64,000 bases of DNA from Trichosphaerium sp. ATCC 40318 (GCA_038496445.1 JALMLS010000354.1:496001-560000), one strand, 5' to 3'. Shown: positions 39,061 to 52,814, counted from the stretch's first letter. Notes: a model not told the origin generated them from the sequence alone. A program made the numbers and translations.

Positions 39061-39939
39061 CTAACGGAAAATACGAGATGCTCCATCGAGTGCTCTTACT
39101 CCCTCATCACTTACTGAGGTTTCCCAAAGATAAATAGTATGTACTCCAGCAAGTGTTTTAACTCCTTCATCTGTTACTGAAGTATAATTAAGATAAATAG
39201 CATGGACTCCAGCAAGTGCTTTGACACCTTCATCTGTTACTAAAGTATTACTAAGACCAATAGTATGAGCTCCAGCAAGTGCTTTGACTCCTTCGTCTGT
39301 TACTGAAGTATCATTAAGATAAATAGTATGGACTCCTGCAAGCGATTTGACACCTTCATCAGTTACTGGAGTGCCATTAATGTAAATAGTATGAACTCCA
39401 GCAAGTGCTTTGACACCTTTATCAGTTACTGAAACGTTACTAAGGTAAATATTATGAACTCCAGCAAGTGCTTTGACGCCTTCATCAGTTACTGGAGTAT
39501 GACTGATGTCTATAGTATGAGCTCCAGCAAGTGCTTTAACACCTTCATCAGTTACTGAAGTAGCATGAAGGAGAATAGTATGAACACCAGCAAGTGCTTT
39601 AACACCTTCATCAGTTATTCCTGACTTGAGATTAAGGTTAATTGCATGTGCACCAGCAAATTGCTTTACAATGCTGTCATCAACACGCCCAATTAAGACT
39701 ATGTTGGTGTTTTTCAAAATACCCACGTGTTGTCTAGCTTCTTTTGCTTGAGTTAATGTGCGAATCCTAATAGTATGGTACCCAATAATATCATGAACGA
39801 TAGAAGCAAGGAAATGACATGTTTGACAAGCTGCAAATCGTGATTTGGTTGTTTGACGCAATATATGAGCTAATATCTCTGTAGGTAGTTGAAACATTGT
39901 TGTACAAGTGGTATTGTCACACTTTGAGGCAGATAGCAT
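39061..39939 (-). CDS. Intronless F-box plus leucine-rich repeat protein
   Basis: LPTEILAHIL F-box motif (probable start at MFQLP). About nine 22-aa repeats of VTDEGVKALAGVHTIYL. Confidence 0.9.
   Translation of the reverse strand: MLSASKCDNTTCTTMFQLPTEILAHILRQTTKSRFAACQTCHFLASIVHDIIGYHTIRIRTLTQAKEARQHVGILKNTNIVLIGRVDDSIVKQFAGAHAINLNLKSGITDEGVKALAGVHTILLHATSVTDEGVKALAGAHTIDISHTPVTDEGVKALAGVHNIYLSNVSVTDKGVKALAGVHTIYINGTPVTDEGVKSLAGVHTIYLNDTSVTDEGVKALAGAHTIGLSNTLVTDEGVKALAGVHAIYLNYTSVTDEGVKTLAGVHTIYLWETSVSDEGVRALDGASRIFR
39075..39660. repeat. 66-bp coding tandem repeat (LRR units)
   Basis: ccagcaagtgctttgacaccttcatcagttactg recurs with a 66-nt period. Confidence 0.9.
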
Positions 39940-40490
39940 AATAACGTTGTATTTTAGACAAAAGAATGGAAATAATTACCAACACACGGTTCTTGCGATG
40001 TTCCAAATGAATAGAATACCAAATCTATCGCCAAAATGTTAGAAAAGTCGGAAATATTTATTTGGTTTTCAGAGAATGTTATCAAAATTACACGTGATGC
40101 AAACTGCCATGTCAGTGAATGTTGTACGAGTTTTCTATAGTTACACACGCTTTGCTTCACATGACAAACTTCCTAAATTGCTCTCTGTAGTTTATGACCA
40201 TCTTGATGATTAAGATGGCGTTTACAAGTGCTGCTATTGTCGTGTATACAGCAAGGCGCTGGTAGTGGGACATAGTGATATTCTTGAACTGTCTCCTTTC
40301 CATACGTTGGTGGGGGTCACTGCTGTTGAGAGATGGGTATAGTGTTGTTCAAGGGGTTCATAGTACGGTTCGAGAGCCAATGCATCAACTTCTAATAGCT
40401 TGCGAAGGATACTGTTCAGAAGGCTCGTGAGGTTCTGTATTATACGGTGTATCAAGTTGATACGTAATAGACAATAATTCTTTTTATTTA

Positions 40491-41796
40491 CTATTGAAAC
40501 TCAATTGGTGTTATTAATATCACTCCAATATCAGATAGTTTACCCAGTCTATGAGCAGCAGTGACTTTATGATGACCGTCTAATAAATACCTAGAAATAA
40601 AGAAATCAGAAGAACAGATAAAAGAGGAGCATCATCAGGTTCAGAAAAATCATTTCTTTGTTTTTGTTTATCTTACCTTAGTTTTCTGCCATTCTTATAG
40701 TCTCTTGTTTCGACACATATTGCTATAGGCTTGTACTGCAATGACTTTTTCTTTGAAAGTTTAGCAATATATTTTTTGACTATTCCCTCGTCTAAGAACT
40801 CTTGAAGCAAAACACAAGCATCTTCCCAATCATCATTTTGGTTTGGATCTTTTTTTTTAAAGTAAGTGATTTGTTTCTCAAGTTGTGTAGGAGTTAGTTA
40901 TTAGTACCTTCCTTTGTTAGGTGGAGAATTTTCCAACGACCTCTAGCAAATTGGGGATCATATTTTATACTATACTTACCAGGTTGAAACAAGTAAAGAA
41001 GAGGATTTAATTGTTCTTCAAGTGATAATCCAGGTATTAAAAGTCCTTGACTTAGCTGTCTTTCTATGACATCTAACTTGATGCTTATCTCGTATAGTTT
41101 CTCATGGTCAATAGTTCCCACACATGTGAAACATCTCAGTAGCGTTGTAGCATACCACCACGTTAAAATTTCCTGTGTGGAGAATCAATAAGAAAAAAGT
41201 TGGAAATCACTGTGCGAAAAAAAAAAAGAAGTAAAACACAACTGCACGTGTATCACCAAAAGACTGTTCAAATGTTTGAACTTACAGCCCTTTTGTGTTT
41301 TCTATGCGCGCATTCATATATCTTGTGTCATTTTGTTTTCAAAGCTGCACGTGTGATAACAACCCAAAGTTCTTTGAAAAAAAAAAAACTGTACCTTTTG
41401 GTTAAAGAGCAGCTGGTAGTTTTTTTTCCCCTTGAAAGAAAATACGCTATAACTATCTTCAGGTGATATAGTAATAGTCTCAGTCATATTTACTGGGTTT
41501 GCACAGTGTTTGAGAACACCTCGTAGTATTGTTTTGTAATTCCCAGTTTTTGTATTTTGGTGGCCAAAGAAACGCCTGTAGATATCTTTCCAAACAAAAG
41601 AAGTCGATAGAGCAATATTATTGTTTAATGCTTTACATGAACACCCAACCTTTTAATAAACCATTAATTACGCTAAATTAAACTAACGTACAGCGTAAAC
41701 AGTAGGGAAAACGCCGAAAAAGTCAGTTGAGTCTTGAGTATACTCCATAACTAAACTAAGCATCTCAGGAGGTAGATTACTCAGTGTTGTAGCCAT
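40491..41796 (-). CDS. F-box plus ParB/sulfiredoxin-like (DGHHK) domain protein, possibly disrupted
   Basis: N-terminal LSNLPPEMLSLVMEY and C-terminal YLLDGHHKVTAA. The middle exons (about 41170-41345) do not join cleanly. Confidence 0.55.
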
Positions 41797-42003
41797 CTTT
41801 GGTTATAAATGCATGAAATGAAAGGGTTTAAGCCAATAACGCAAAATCAACGATTTTCTACGCTTGCAACTGAAACAAAAGGCCTCTTTGAGCGATTAAA
41901 AGGTTTTCGCTGTGTTGAGTTTGCGTCTGAGAATACAGAGCAGTTGTTGGACAGAGTTGTCAGGTATATACTGGCTTTTATTTTAGAATACATTAATTTT
42001 TTT

Positions 42004-45000
42004 TTAGTCTTCCAACTGATTGGAGAGTGCACGTATAAGTGCTTTGTGACCTTCAGGGTCATCACTAGAATCTGCTTCATCATCACTTAGGGCAGCATAT
42101 TCTATAAAAGAGAAGAAAAAAATGAGAAACAAAGGGCAAACGAGTAAAAAACATTTTACAATGTACGTACGAGGTAATCGTTTTAATTTGCGTTCTAATC
42201 TAGCAATAGCACCAAATAACATAGCAAAATTACCGCCTTCGCACTAAAGGAAAAAACCGGTTAGATGAAGACAGATAATGGTGACTCCTTTGTAAAGAAA
42301 AAAGTTTGTCAAACTAAAAAATTCCTTCTGAAAAAAAAACAAAAAGTGTCCAGTGCTTACATCTTCAGCGTGCTTTTTCATTACTTTTACAAGGTAGTGT
42401 TGGTAAAAGTCATCAAATGCATTATCTGGAATCAAGCCAGTTCTAGTTAAAACCCCATGTAAGCAAGAAAGAAACAAAAATTAATACATACTTTCTAACT
42501 TCTTCTTCTGTAAGTAGGTCCCACGCTTCAGGGTGAAGTTTAAGGAATTTCTTGACTTTGTGTTTCATTAGTTTGTTCTTTTTGCCTAATACTCATAAGC
42601 ATCAAAACAAAGACAACCAATAAACGTACGTAGAGCAGACTTGTCCTTCAGTTTTTTACCAACTTCTCTGCCATCCATAAACCATCTTCCATACATCCTC
42701 TTCATCTTAATCCATATTTTATGCGCCGTTTTCTTAGCTGATTCTGCAAGAGTTAATACTTCTCTTTTATGCAATTTTTCTCTATTCTTGTGATACGCAT
42801 CATTAACAATAGCAATAAACATGTTTGTCAAGATGAGGAAAATCAAGATACAGAAAGACATGTAGAACTACACAAAAGCATTAGTATTAGCCTTGGAAGG
42901 TTATTTGTATGATCATAAAGAGTTCGTACTAGAGGTGCAAGAACACGATTAGAAAGAACCATTTCATCATATTCTGCAAACTCGCCTAACATCATTTCAA
43001 AGCACGTGATAAAAGCTGTGATAAAGTTTCGGAAACCCTTTAATTAAGAAAAAATCAGAAACGAGCTAGGTTAATAAATAGAGAACGTACAGATACATCC
43101 GGACCAAAGAGGAGCATTCCTGAACCAACAAACGCCAGGAAGAGAACAAAGAAGAAAAATCCAAAGGCAACTAAATCAGGACCAGCCTATTTAAGAAAAA
43201 CAATCAGTTTTTTTGTCAAGCAACTTTTTTGGTCCAAAAAAAACTGTAAATCAAAACGTACATATTTAAGTGTAATCCACATAGACTGCATACGTTCATT
43301 CAGTTGAAAATACTTGAAAACAGATAAAGTAGAAACAAATATATTGAGAGAAGCAAATCCAAAGATAAGCGAGAACGAAAACCTTTGAAAAGTGTAAACT
43401 TCTTGCAATATTTACAAAAAATGTAAACAGTTTATTTGCCAAAGAAAACGTACCCAAGCTCTTCCATGATAGTAAAATCACGTCCTTGACTTAAATCAAC
43501 TATATTATTAGTGAAACTAGTGAGCTGCGATACGAACACGCAGTACCAGGTACACAAGATAAGGTACAACTAAACAAACTTGTAAGATTTTTTCATCCAA
43601 ACGAAAGAGTATGCAACGTACTACACAACTCACTACTGACACTGAGTTCCATATAGGATCAACAAACCACTTTAATATACCTCGTCTAGGATTACGTGCT
43701 GCTTTTATCATCTACAATGAAGGGTATTAAGCACCTGTTGTTGAAGACAAAAAAACCAAAAGGCCGTACTTGGAAAACAAGATAAAATACTTGATAAATA
43801 AGACAGATAACAAAAACACACTCAAAAAAAGCTCGCACATAATCCTATAATACCATTAAATACTAAAACATAGAATTATATTTGTTACCGTGTTGGTGAG
43901 GTATAAATCAGCAGGAAAGCTACGCCATGCTGAACTTAGCTGAAAAGATCCTGTTGGATGCATTTCAATTGTCTAACAAAAACATGTCTTAGTTCAGTGA
44001 TACACTAATCAATACGTACAAAGAGAATCGTCATGAAAAGATTCAATCCTGGGTTGAAAACATTCAGAGTAATGAATAAAGCTCGTGTAGGCTCATCAAG
44101 CCATGCTTCACTCTCTAATTCTGCTATTTGTTTCTCAGCAACTTGTGGATTGTATTCAAGATCAACAACATAACCACCACTATTACTATGTTAACAAATT
44201 GTTTCTCTTTCATTCACTATCACAATGGTACCTTGTATATGTTGTATCAAATCCCCATACTTGTGGGGAACCTGTTTCTTCGTATTTGTACTTCGTTGGA
44301 TCACCTTCTGGGCCAAAAGGAGCTCTTTGATTCGCACCACTTGTCCAACTACAAAAAGAAACTGTGTTTTAGTACACCGAACTGCGTTTACTTAACATAC
44401 GTTGAGAAACAGCCTCCTGATACAAGATCGTTTAGAGGAGGTGGTATGTCACAAGATGAATCCTTGACACGTAATTGACGCATTCTAACAGAACCAAGAA
44501 GCCTATTATACTGCAGAATAAAAACTAAAGAAGAAAGTCATTATCAAGTTTTATCATTTTTTTTGCGAACACTGGTACCTTCTTCAGTTAACGAAAGCGA
44601 GCTGATTGCGCTTAACAAAGGTCCCCTAAGAAACTACAGATACAATAATAAGTACTTGCAACATAAAGCAAACTTCAAAATGCAAAAAGTTCGTTTGTTG
44701 TTGCTCCAAAAAAAAAAATACGCACCTGCCACAACTCTTCCATTGATCCTATATCATGAAATGTCTTTTGGACGTGTGTAAATTCGGGCGCGTACTCTAC
44801 GAGCACGTTAATAATCGTCAAAAAAAAAAGATACGGCTAGTTTTGGTATAATTCGCGTATAGGAGTACAATGAACGCCAACGAGGCGCGTTTGTCACAAA
44901 ACAAAAAATGTACCTTCAAACAAAAAAACATCTTCTAGGGATGCCTTCATGAAGTAGCTTGATGTCACTCGACGCATCATAAACACTAATACAGTTTTGT

Positions 45001-45446
45001 GAGTGACTCCGACGGAGTAACATATGTGTAAAGATTGTATCGATAGATACATCGCCACTGTGTTTGCAATGTACAGCTCCCAACCCCAATTCAGGGATAA
45101 TTGACAATAAAGTAATATAAAGCGTACCAACGACCAGAAACATAGTAACGAACATCAAGAAAAGCAAAAAATCGCGAAACAACTTCATCTTTTTGTTTTT
45201 GATTTTAGCCTTGCGTACATGGCTAGTCACTGTATGAAATCCATTACTATTATCATTACTATCAAGCCAAGCAGCTTCTGGAGCAAAATCATCTTTGTAA
45301 GACGTAAACCGCTCAATACGAGCTGGCTCTTGCGTAAAAGTTACAGAACGGTCTGTTTCGATGCCATTTTCCGTTTGGGTTGGATGATCTGTTTCTTCCA
45401 CCACTTCAATGTCCGCCACAGAGCCTGCACTGTATTCGTCCGTCAT
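42004..45446 (-). CDS. Polycystin-2 (PKD2/TRPP)-like cation channel
   Basis: LLGSVRMRQLRVKDSSC, WLDEPTRALFI, VFKYFQLNERM, LGEFAEY, LTNMFIAIVNDAY. Confidence 0.9.
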
Positions 45447-45656
45447 GGACCTTCCACACTGCCGTTTGTGAACAAATCAGGTTGTACTTAATTAACGTTA
45501 CCATTTCTTAACTTGTGAGGTCTAGTTAGCACCCTAAAACACGCGAATTGTAGTACAATTAAAACTACATTACTTGGAGGTATAAGTGCCTAAAAACGTA
45601 CAGAAAATAGCGAAAATTTTAAAAAGTGCGGAAGTGTCTTCAAAACCCGATGCGGT

Positions 45657-48600
45657 ATGTCCTCCACGCCCAGTAACACCGGAGAGAAGCGAAAGAGTGT
45701 AATAACAGATGATCACCCGTCAAAAAGACAAAAGCTCGAGGATTCTAGCGAAACAAAACCTAAAGCGATAAAAACAGATCAAATGGATGTTGATGCCACC
45801 GAAAGTGTCCCTGAACAGGTTATCGCGCCAAAACAAGACTCAGATTTAATAGAAACGACAAAAGAAGAGGTACATGCACCCACAGCGCCAACGACGCGAG
45901 AAACAGATTCTGAGAAAACAGCAATGGCATCTTTCAACATACTTGAACTTCCAGACGTACCACTACTCCACCTACTTTCGTTATGTTCATTCGCATCAGC
46001 AGTGCGGTACGTTTTTTTAATGCTACGGCGAGAAAAGTACTAATTTGCTTTTTATTCAGTTTGGGAGTAACATGTACACGCTTCAAACAGTTGTACCCGG
46101 CTCGTAAGTTATTTGATAAACTAGCCGAAGAGCTAGGTGAGTACGCCAACAGCAACGAATCCGGAAAGAAACATTTGGCACTGAATCGTTTGGGCGACAT
46201 TGAGAAGCTTATATACGCAAAGTTACGTCAAGGTTTAGCACAATCGTTTGAACCGGTAGAATTCAAGCGTATGAGGTATGAGATATATTTTAACGACTAT
46301 TTTATGTTATAACGCCTGTTTAACACGCTTAATAGTAAAGAAGCAAAAGAGGAGGCTCCTGGTTTAGCTTCAAAGTTGCACTATCTCCAATACGAACCTT
46401 TCACAACTTTTGAGAATTATGGTCTTTATTGTATGCTACAAGTTAATGTTCCTGGTTTTGGAGGTATGTACTTGCGGTTGTACTAAAACGAGACTTGCAA
46501 AACAATTTTGTTACGATTTTTATTTTCACGTCACCAAACATTGTTTTTTTTGGATTCTATACGTCTATTACAACATAAAAACGATTGTGAGACTAAGGAG
46601 AAAACTGTTACTAATCTGCAAAAACTGCACTCTTTGTTGGACGAAAAATAACGAAAATTTCACGAAATGTACCTCTTTACGCATAAGAAAATGCTTATAA
46701 AACTGCTGTTAGACTATTAGGAGAAAACTGAATTTTTTGGCTTAAATCACAATTGCCTTTCGTTTTCTTTGCCTTTGTAACTATTTTAATAGATCTATAT
46801 ATAAAGCAGAGGTTTATTTGGGGGTATAATAACAGAGAGGAGACGTTTGAACACATTTATCATTTACTTTTTTTCACAAACGGTAAGCAAAACAAAAACT
46901 ACGTTAAACGCATTTTTATGAGTTAAAACCACGCTTTCCCCTTTATCACCCAGAATTTTAATAATATTTCGATACTACAAACAAATACCCTCAGTACGCT
47001 TTTGGAGACACTACTACGACTGAACATCAATTTTGGTTTTAAACTCATGAATTTTATGCGATTTTCCACGCGAAACGTACAAAAAACTGATGTAGGCGTC
47101 ACACTCGCTCTTACTATTTGTTATTAGACGCTAAACTCGCTGAGAAGCTTAGTATACCACGAGCTGAAGCACATATTGCATTGTATTATTCTGATTATCG
47201 TGCCAACAAGCATAGAGCAATATCACCATATTATGACGAAGAGGTACAAAGAAAAAGCGGGATACACGCCATTTCATTTCAGTTTTCTTGAAAAAGTTTT
47301 TTAAACTATTGTCGCTTTTTACAAGCTTTTCCTTTGACTGTGGTAGTAACAACCGCTTGGGTTTGGTTGTAACACATTCGAATTGCTTACTCACTGTAAA
47401 ATTAGTTATTTTCGCGTGTGTCCACGGCCTTAGGATACAAGTGGTCTTCTACAGACACTACAATATTTTTCATGATTGCAGGAGGTACATGTGATTGGTA
47501 GGTTTGTTAAAAATGCTAAAAAGATGTGATTTTAGGTGCTTACTTTATGGCTGAGCGTTTTTGGGCTGAAACTCGACCTAAGGGTATGTTTAAAAGATAT
47601 TTAAACGAACGGAAAATTTACGTGATACATAACGTGATTTTTAGTTTTGTGTTTTTGCTAGTGACCCGTACTAACGCAGTTATAAGGCTTATTTGGCAAT
47701 GAGAATTCAAGAAGGACCAAGAGTTTAACAACTGAACAAGCGATGGGTAAATACTACTTTTTGGCTGGGATTGTACAAAATGACGTCCGAGAGTATTTCG
47801 ACGCCCTAGTACCAACTGATGCGTGCGTTTTACTAGTTTTTTTTTGTGATCCCAAGTAACCCTTTTTGTAGAGTTGATTTTTCCTTAACGCTAGTGGATT
47901 TTGTCATTGATGCTGTAACGCGAGCTACAACAAAGGTGTGATACCCCTCTACTTCGTAAAATCTTTTTTTATTATTTGTAAACTTGTTGCTTTTTGATTT
48001 GTACGAGAGCCGCTCTGAAGTATCTTAGAAAACAAGCACCAGTGAAATGACAAACGTGATCTTTGAATCTTCGGAAGAGATCGCGGCTTCTTGGGGTATG
48101 ACCGACAAGGGAAGAGATTGGATCAAGTCTGTACGTGATCACTACTTTATAGTGGCGTTTGAGGCTCACCGGTCTAACTCGCAAAAAAGGATAACGTAGT
48201 TGCAGTTTTGAAGAGCGTCAAAGAGCTTAGCTCTCGTTGTACGGTAGTGGACGCTGGTGAGTTATCCAATTCAGCAGAGTATGAGTCCAGGTAAACAACA
48301 TCCAAAACACATTAATTGTTAGCTAACTCCACGTATAGTTTTGTATTAGATGTACCAGGCATATCAAAGCGTTTAGTATTTACAATTAGTGGCGCTGAAG
48401 CGTTCAGGTATCATACTGACGATGAGCCTTTTCACTTTGGCGTTTATTGTAACAAAACAGATGATACAGGTGCGTGTGGTGTTTTTTGGTGAATAGCACT
48501 TTTTTTCCTTTCACGTTCTTTTCTCTTACGTGTTCTAGAACTTAATAAAAAGCTCAACATGGTTTCTAGTGATATATCAGAAACAATTTTTTACGCTGGA

Positions 48601-49807
48601 CGTGATGAAGACTCACTGCTTAACCCAGAATTCTTTATGTCTCTAAACAAGTTCTACGGGTTTGAATTTAAACCATCTGAATGGATGACAATACTAGTAT
48701 CTCTTCCTAGTACGTCAAATCTACAAAGAAAACAAATCATTAAATATTGACTTAACGATTTTTCCTTTAAGGCTCTGGTTTATGTTGGTCATCTGGATTA
48801 GATGTTAGTAAATATACAAGCTCATTTGGATGCGCAGGTGAGTTCTCAGAGAATGCAGAACGTGGGTATATCGATAGATGTATGATGCGTTTGATTAAAT
48901 CGGAAGTACTGCATATGGATGCTGCTGTGAAGGTAACTTCAGCTCGAAGTGACAGAGCAGGTCGTAGGCAAAGACGAAGTGAGCAAGCCGCAATCGTAAG
49001 TGTATTCATATGTAAAACATCACAATGAGTTAACTCTCCTTGTAGAACCGAAAAAAACTACAAGCGCAACAAGCTAATGTCAACAGGTAATTTTTTTTTT
49101 TCCTGACCAAATTTTGTTGCGTATTTTTCGACATTAACTATCAATTCAGTATGACCATGCAATTTGTTCAACCAACCAGACAGTTATCCCATGCACCTCC
49201 TCCTGTATCTACAACACACAATGTTGCCCAACACATGTTCCCTGATCCATACCAAGCGCGGATGTCAAATCATATAGCACCGCCACCACAACACATACAA
49301 CCTTCACAACCACCACAATCAAAGATGCATCAAATGCATCCTACACAACAAAACGTAATGCATGAACGCCAGCAACATCAACAACACCATTTCTCTCCAA
49401 TGCAGAGGCCGGGAATGCAAAGTCTTTCTTTAAATGGAGGATACTCACTTCATAGGGATATGGATCCTTTTGGATCACAAAGAATGAATCCTTCTACAAC
49501 CACTGTTTTGTCACGTGATAGAATGCAAGAACATTACAATAGAACACTTCCTAGTATTGCTGATCCTCGTCATGGAGATGTTGGTAAGGCCCCAGACAGG
49601 CGTGTACAACTACCTGGCTCTTTGACGCATCGAATGGCACCTGTTCCACATCAGGGTATAACACAACATCAACCAACAGCACCGTCACATAACCCAACGC
49701 AGCCACAAAGGTCAAATCTCTTTTCTTTGTTAAACGGACCATCTAATACTTCTCCACAACCACACACGTTCGGCGGTCCGCCAAGGCATCTTGGTAATGG
49801 GTCGTAG
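45657..49807 (+). CDS. Multi-exon locus (one or two genes): N-terminal F-box, C-terminal Q/H/P-rich low-complexity region
   Basis: ILELPDVPLLHLLSLC...LGVTCTRF is F-box-like. A chain of short exons runs to the Q/H/P-rich ORF at 49151-49807. The junction at about 46.9-47.3 kb is unresolved. Confidence 0.5.
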
Positions 49808-50488
49808 CATATGGTTTAGTAAAAAAAAAGGAAAAAACCCATTCGGTGTATTGTAGAGGCTACCAGATCACTAGTGAGCAAGAGAAATAAAAAAAACCAA
49901 AACGTACAGTAAAATCGTACAGAGAATAAATAAAACAGTTTACTACTTTTATTGTTTTTACCTGACTTAGTAAATTATCTTGGGGAACGTTGACTTGTTT
50001 ACTGACATAAAGACGTGCGTAACCGCACAAACAATCTAATTCAATGTTTGTTTTCGCCGATATTTTGAAATTCAACAAACTTAATATGGCTGGTTACTGG
50101 TTTTAATTTCACGTGTATTTTTAGTGTGCCAACATAGTGGAAGACACAACTTGGTGTCATTCCTAGATACAGAAATGGAGTGTGTATTATCTTGTAGCTA
50201 TTCTACAATCGATTTAATCCCTCATGATACAAAAAAAATTTGATGTCAATGCATCAGCTTCATTTCGCTCAGCGTTGCTCAACATTAGTTGCATTATTGT
50301 GTTTATCCGTTGAGTACCATTGAAGGTGCTACTGAAAAAGACCAAAAAAGACCGTGAACAAATAGCACAGCGATCATTGTACTTTGCACAAAAAACAGGG
50401 TAAATTTACATAATTTATAATTGAAATAGCTTACAACCTGGGCAGTATGTTACAGGAATAAACAATACACTTTAAGAAACAGAACATG

Positions 50489-50573
50489 ATAGGTTGTCAC
50501 GTGCCAGTCAAGCATTACATTGTGAGAAGACTCGAGAATACATTGACAGTGCTTGCTTTAATCTGCTTGTACA
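50489..50573. repeat. Direct repeat, copy 1 (about 85 bp)
   Basis: ataggtt.tcacgtgccagtcaagcattac.ttg.gagaagact...cagtgcttgctttaatctgcttgtaca matches 52460-52530 apart from a 14-nt indel and a few substitutions. Confidence 0.85.
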
Positions 50574-50973
50574 TAGCTAACAACCATTGTTTTAATCCAC
50601 TTTCTAATAAACTATCTACTAATAAGAATACCTCCCGGGTTGCTTATATCTACAGAACCGATCAATACATACCACAACAGTAGCTAGGTGGGACAAAAAT
50701 CATCTTTCACACCATATTCTATTTTTACTTTTCCGTTCACGTGCACTCATAGTAAAGACCTGATCCTTATTATCCACTTGATACTTCAACCATTAATTAA
50801 TCAGTTTTGTGACAAAATATGCTGTTGATCTATAAAGCTTTTGTTGGCAGAAGCCTGCATATGGAGTCAAAACAACTACATTGGTAAAAAGAGTCTAACT
50901 GTAAATTTTGTTTATTTCACGTGCTTGTCAACAATCACGTTGCACTTTTTAGCCATCTTCAAGTACAATTACT

Positions 50974-52278
50974 TTAACAAAAATAAGGCCATAATGCTTC
51001 CCTTCTATCAGTATTTTTACATCGTAGATAATTAACCACCATTCTCTTTGTTATTTGAGTGCCGAGATATTCAATGTAATTAATACTTGTTAATTTAATG
51101 ACACCCTCGTCTGTGATTTGAAAGCAGTCTGTGAGGCTAATTTTCTTAACACCGATAAGACTGCTCACTCCTTTGTCTGTTATCTTTTTGCAGCCACAAA
51201 GACTAATAATTTTAGCACCCCTCAAAGAGCATAAGCCCTCATCTGTCACATTTGTACCATTAATATGAATTGTATGCACTCCAGTAAGTGCCTTTAAAGT
51301 ACTATCATCAACACAGTCAACATGAGAAATATCAATCACTTTTACACCTGCCAATTGTTTTATCACATCATTTGATATCAATTTACAACTATTCAAATCA
51401 ATATGATGTACACCTGCAAAGCATGATAGAGTATCGTCTGTTAATTGTGTACACTCACAAAGCTCTATACAAGGTATACCAGCCAAAAGTTTCAAGATAT
51501 TGTTTGATATTTGAGTACAGTCATCAAGACCAATTTTTTTAATTTTGTGAGTTGTTTGATTTTGTGTTAACAGATACTTTACTCCTTCATCTGTAATTCT
51601 CTTACAGTTACTTAAACATATGAAACTTGCGTTTGTTAGTGCTATGACGCTTTTATCCGTTATACCACATCCATCAAGATTTATCTTGTGTACATTGCCT
51701 GAAATGGCAATGACACCTTTGTCAGTGATTTTGTCACAACAACCTAAGTTAATAGTATGAACTCCAGAGAGTGCCGCAAGTCCTTTATCTGTTATGTCTG
51801 TCAATGAAATATCAACAATATGAATAATTCCAAGCTCTTGAAGCCACTCATCTTTTAAATAACTGCGTGGTACGCTTAATGTATGAATACCTTGAAGTGA
51901 CTTAAATCCCGATCCTGTCAAGTTGCATTCATGTTCACGTATTTTCGTTTCCAGATGATGTACACCTGAAATATGTTCTAACATAACATCTGTTAATGAA
52001 ACACTACGCCTTATTTCAAGTTGATGAACACCAGATAGATTTTTAAAGTCATCTTCAGTCATTGTAAAACCATCAATAATCACTTTTGTATTTTTTAAAA
52101 GAGGACTTTTACGTAGTTTGTATAGACTTTCTCTTGACTTTACGTTCACTGTTAAATACCCCAAATGGTTTAAAATGATTGTAGAAAACAGTTTACAAAC
52201 AAATGTTGCTGATATACGACATTTCTTGTCTAAAAACGCCAGTATACAAAACATAATTTCTGTCGGTAGCCAAAGCAT
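50974..52278 (-). CDS. F-box plus LRR protein; coding part intronless from MLWLPTE
   Basis: LPTEIMFCILAFLD F-box motif and repeats of ITDKGLAALSGVHTINL. Related to 39061-39939. Confidence 0.88.
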   Translation of the reverse strand: MLWLPTEIMFCILAFLDKKCRISATFVCKLFSTIILNHLGYLTVNVKSRESLYKLRKSPLLKNTKVIIDGFTMTEDDFKNLSGVHQLEIRRSVSLTDVMLEHISGVHHLETKIREHECNLTGSGFKSLQGIHTLSVPRSYLKDEWLQELGIIHIVDISLTDITDKGLAALSGVHTINLGCCDKITDKGVIAISGNVHKINLDGCGITDKSVIALTNASFICLSNCKRITDEGVKYLLTQNQTTHKIKKIGLDDCTQISNNILKLLAGIPCIELCECTQLTDDTLSCFAGVHHIDLNSCKLISNDVIKQLAGVKVIDISHVDCVDDSTLKALTGVHTIHINGTNVTDEGLCSLRGAKIISLCGCKKITDKGVSSLIGVKKISLTDCFQITDEGVIKLTSINYIEYLGTQITKRMVVNYLRCKNTDRREALWPYFC

Positions 52279-52459
52279 CTCAAATGTCCTATGAGTACGG
52301 TTAGCCAAAACAGAGGAAAAATAACATGTGCATAAGGTGATTATGCAGAATACATACTCTGGTGGCTCGGTTAGTGTATGAAACATGCCTTTAGAGCAAT
52401 CGTCTATGAATTGTTGGGAAGCAACTGTGGTATTAAGGCAGCCCTTAAGGCACTTCTCC

Positions 52460-52530
52460 ATAGGTTTTCACGTGCCAGTCAAGCATTACCTTGCGAGAAG
52501 ACTCAGTGCTTGCTTTAATCTGCTTGTACA
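52460..52530. repeat. Direct repeat, copy 2 (about 71 bp)
   Basis: Matches 50489-50573. Confidence 0.85.
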
Positions 52531-52814
52531 ATAAACTTCTCTTGTAAGAGTACCTTGTTCCGTCTTGTCTATGGACCACCCAGGATTATTGTACCAAGTC
52601 TTGTTCAAAGAAAACATTGGCACCATGTACCCATCAGAGTGTGATGTCATTCTAAAGTGTCTGTGGTTCACTCCGATTCCTTTGTACGTGTTCGAGGTAC
52701 GTTACTGGAATTTACTGCATTTTGAAAACACATGGTCTTATTGTTATGGTCAAAGTAAATCATGCTGTATGAACATCACTTTGAATTTGTTTAAAATTTC
52801 TTTCACACTCAACA

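Noticed and set aside
39075-39660. CRISPR-like regularly spaced repeats
   Set aside because: These are in-frame 66-bp LRR coding repeats in a eukaryotic gene, with no cas genes.
47878-47894. Perfect U12-like branch point TTCCTTAAC
   Set aside because: The matching donor is GTGCGT, not RTATCC.
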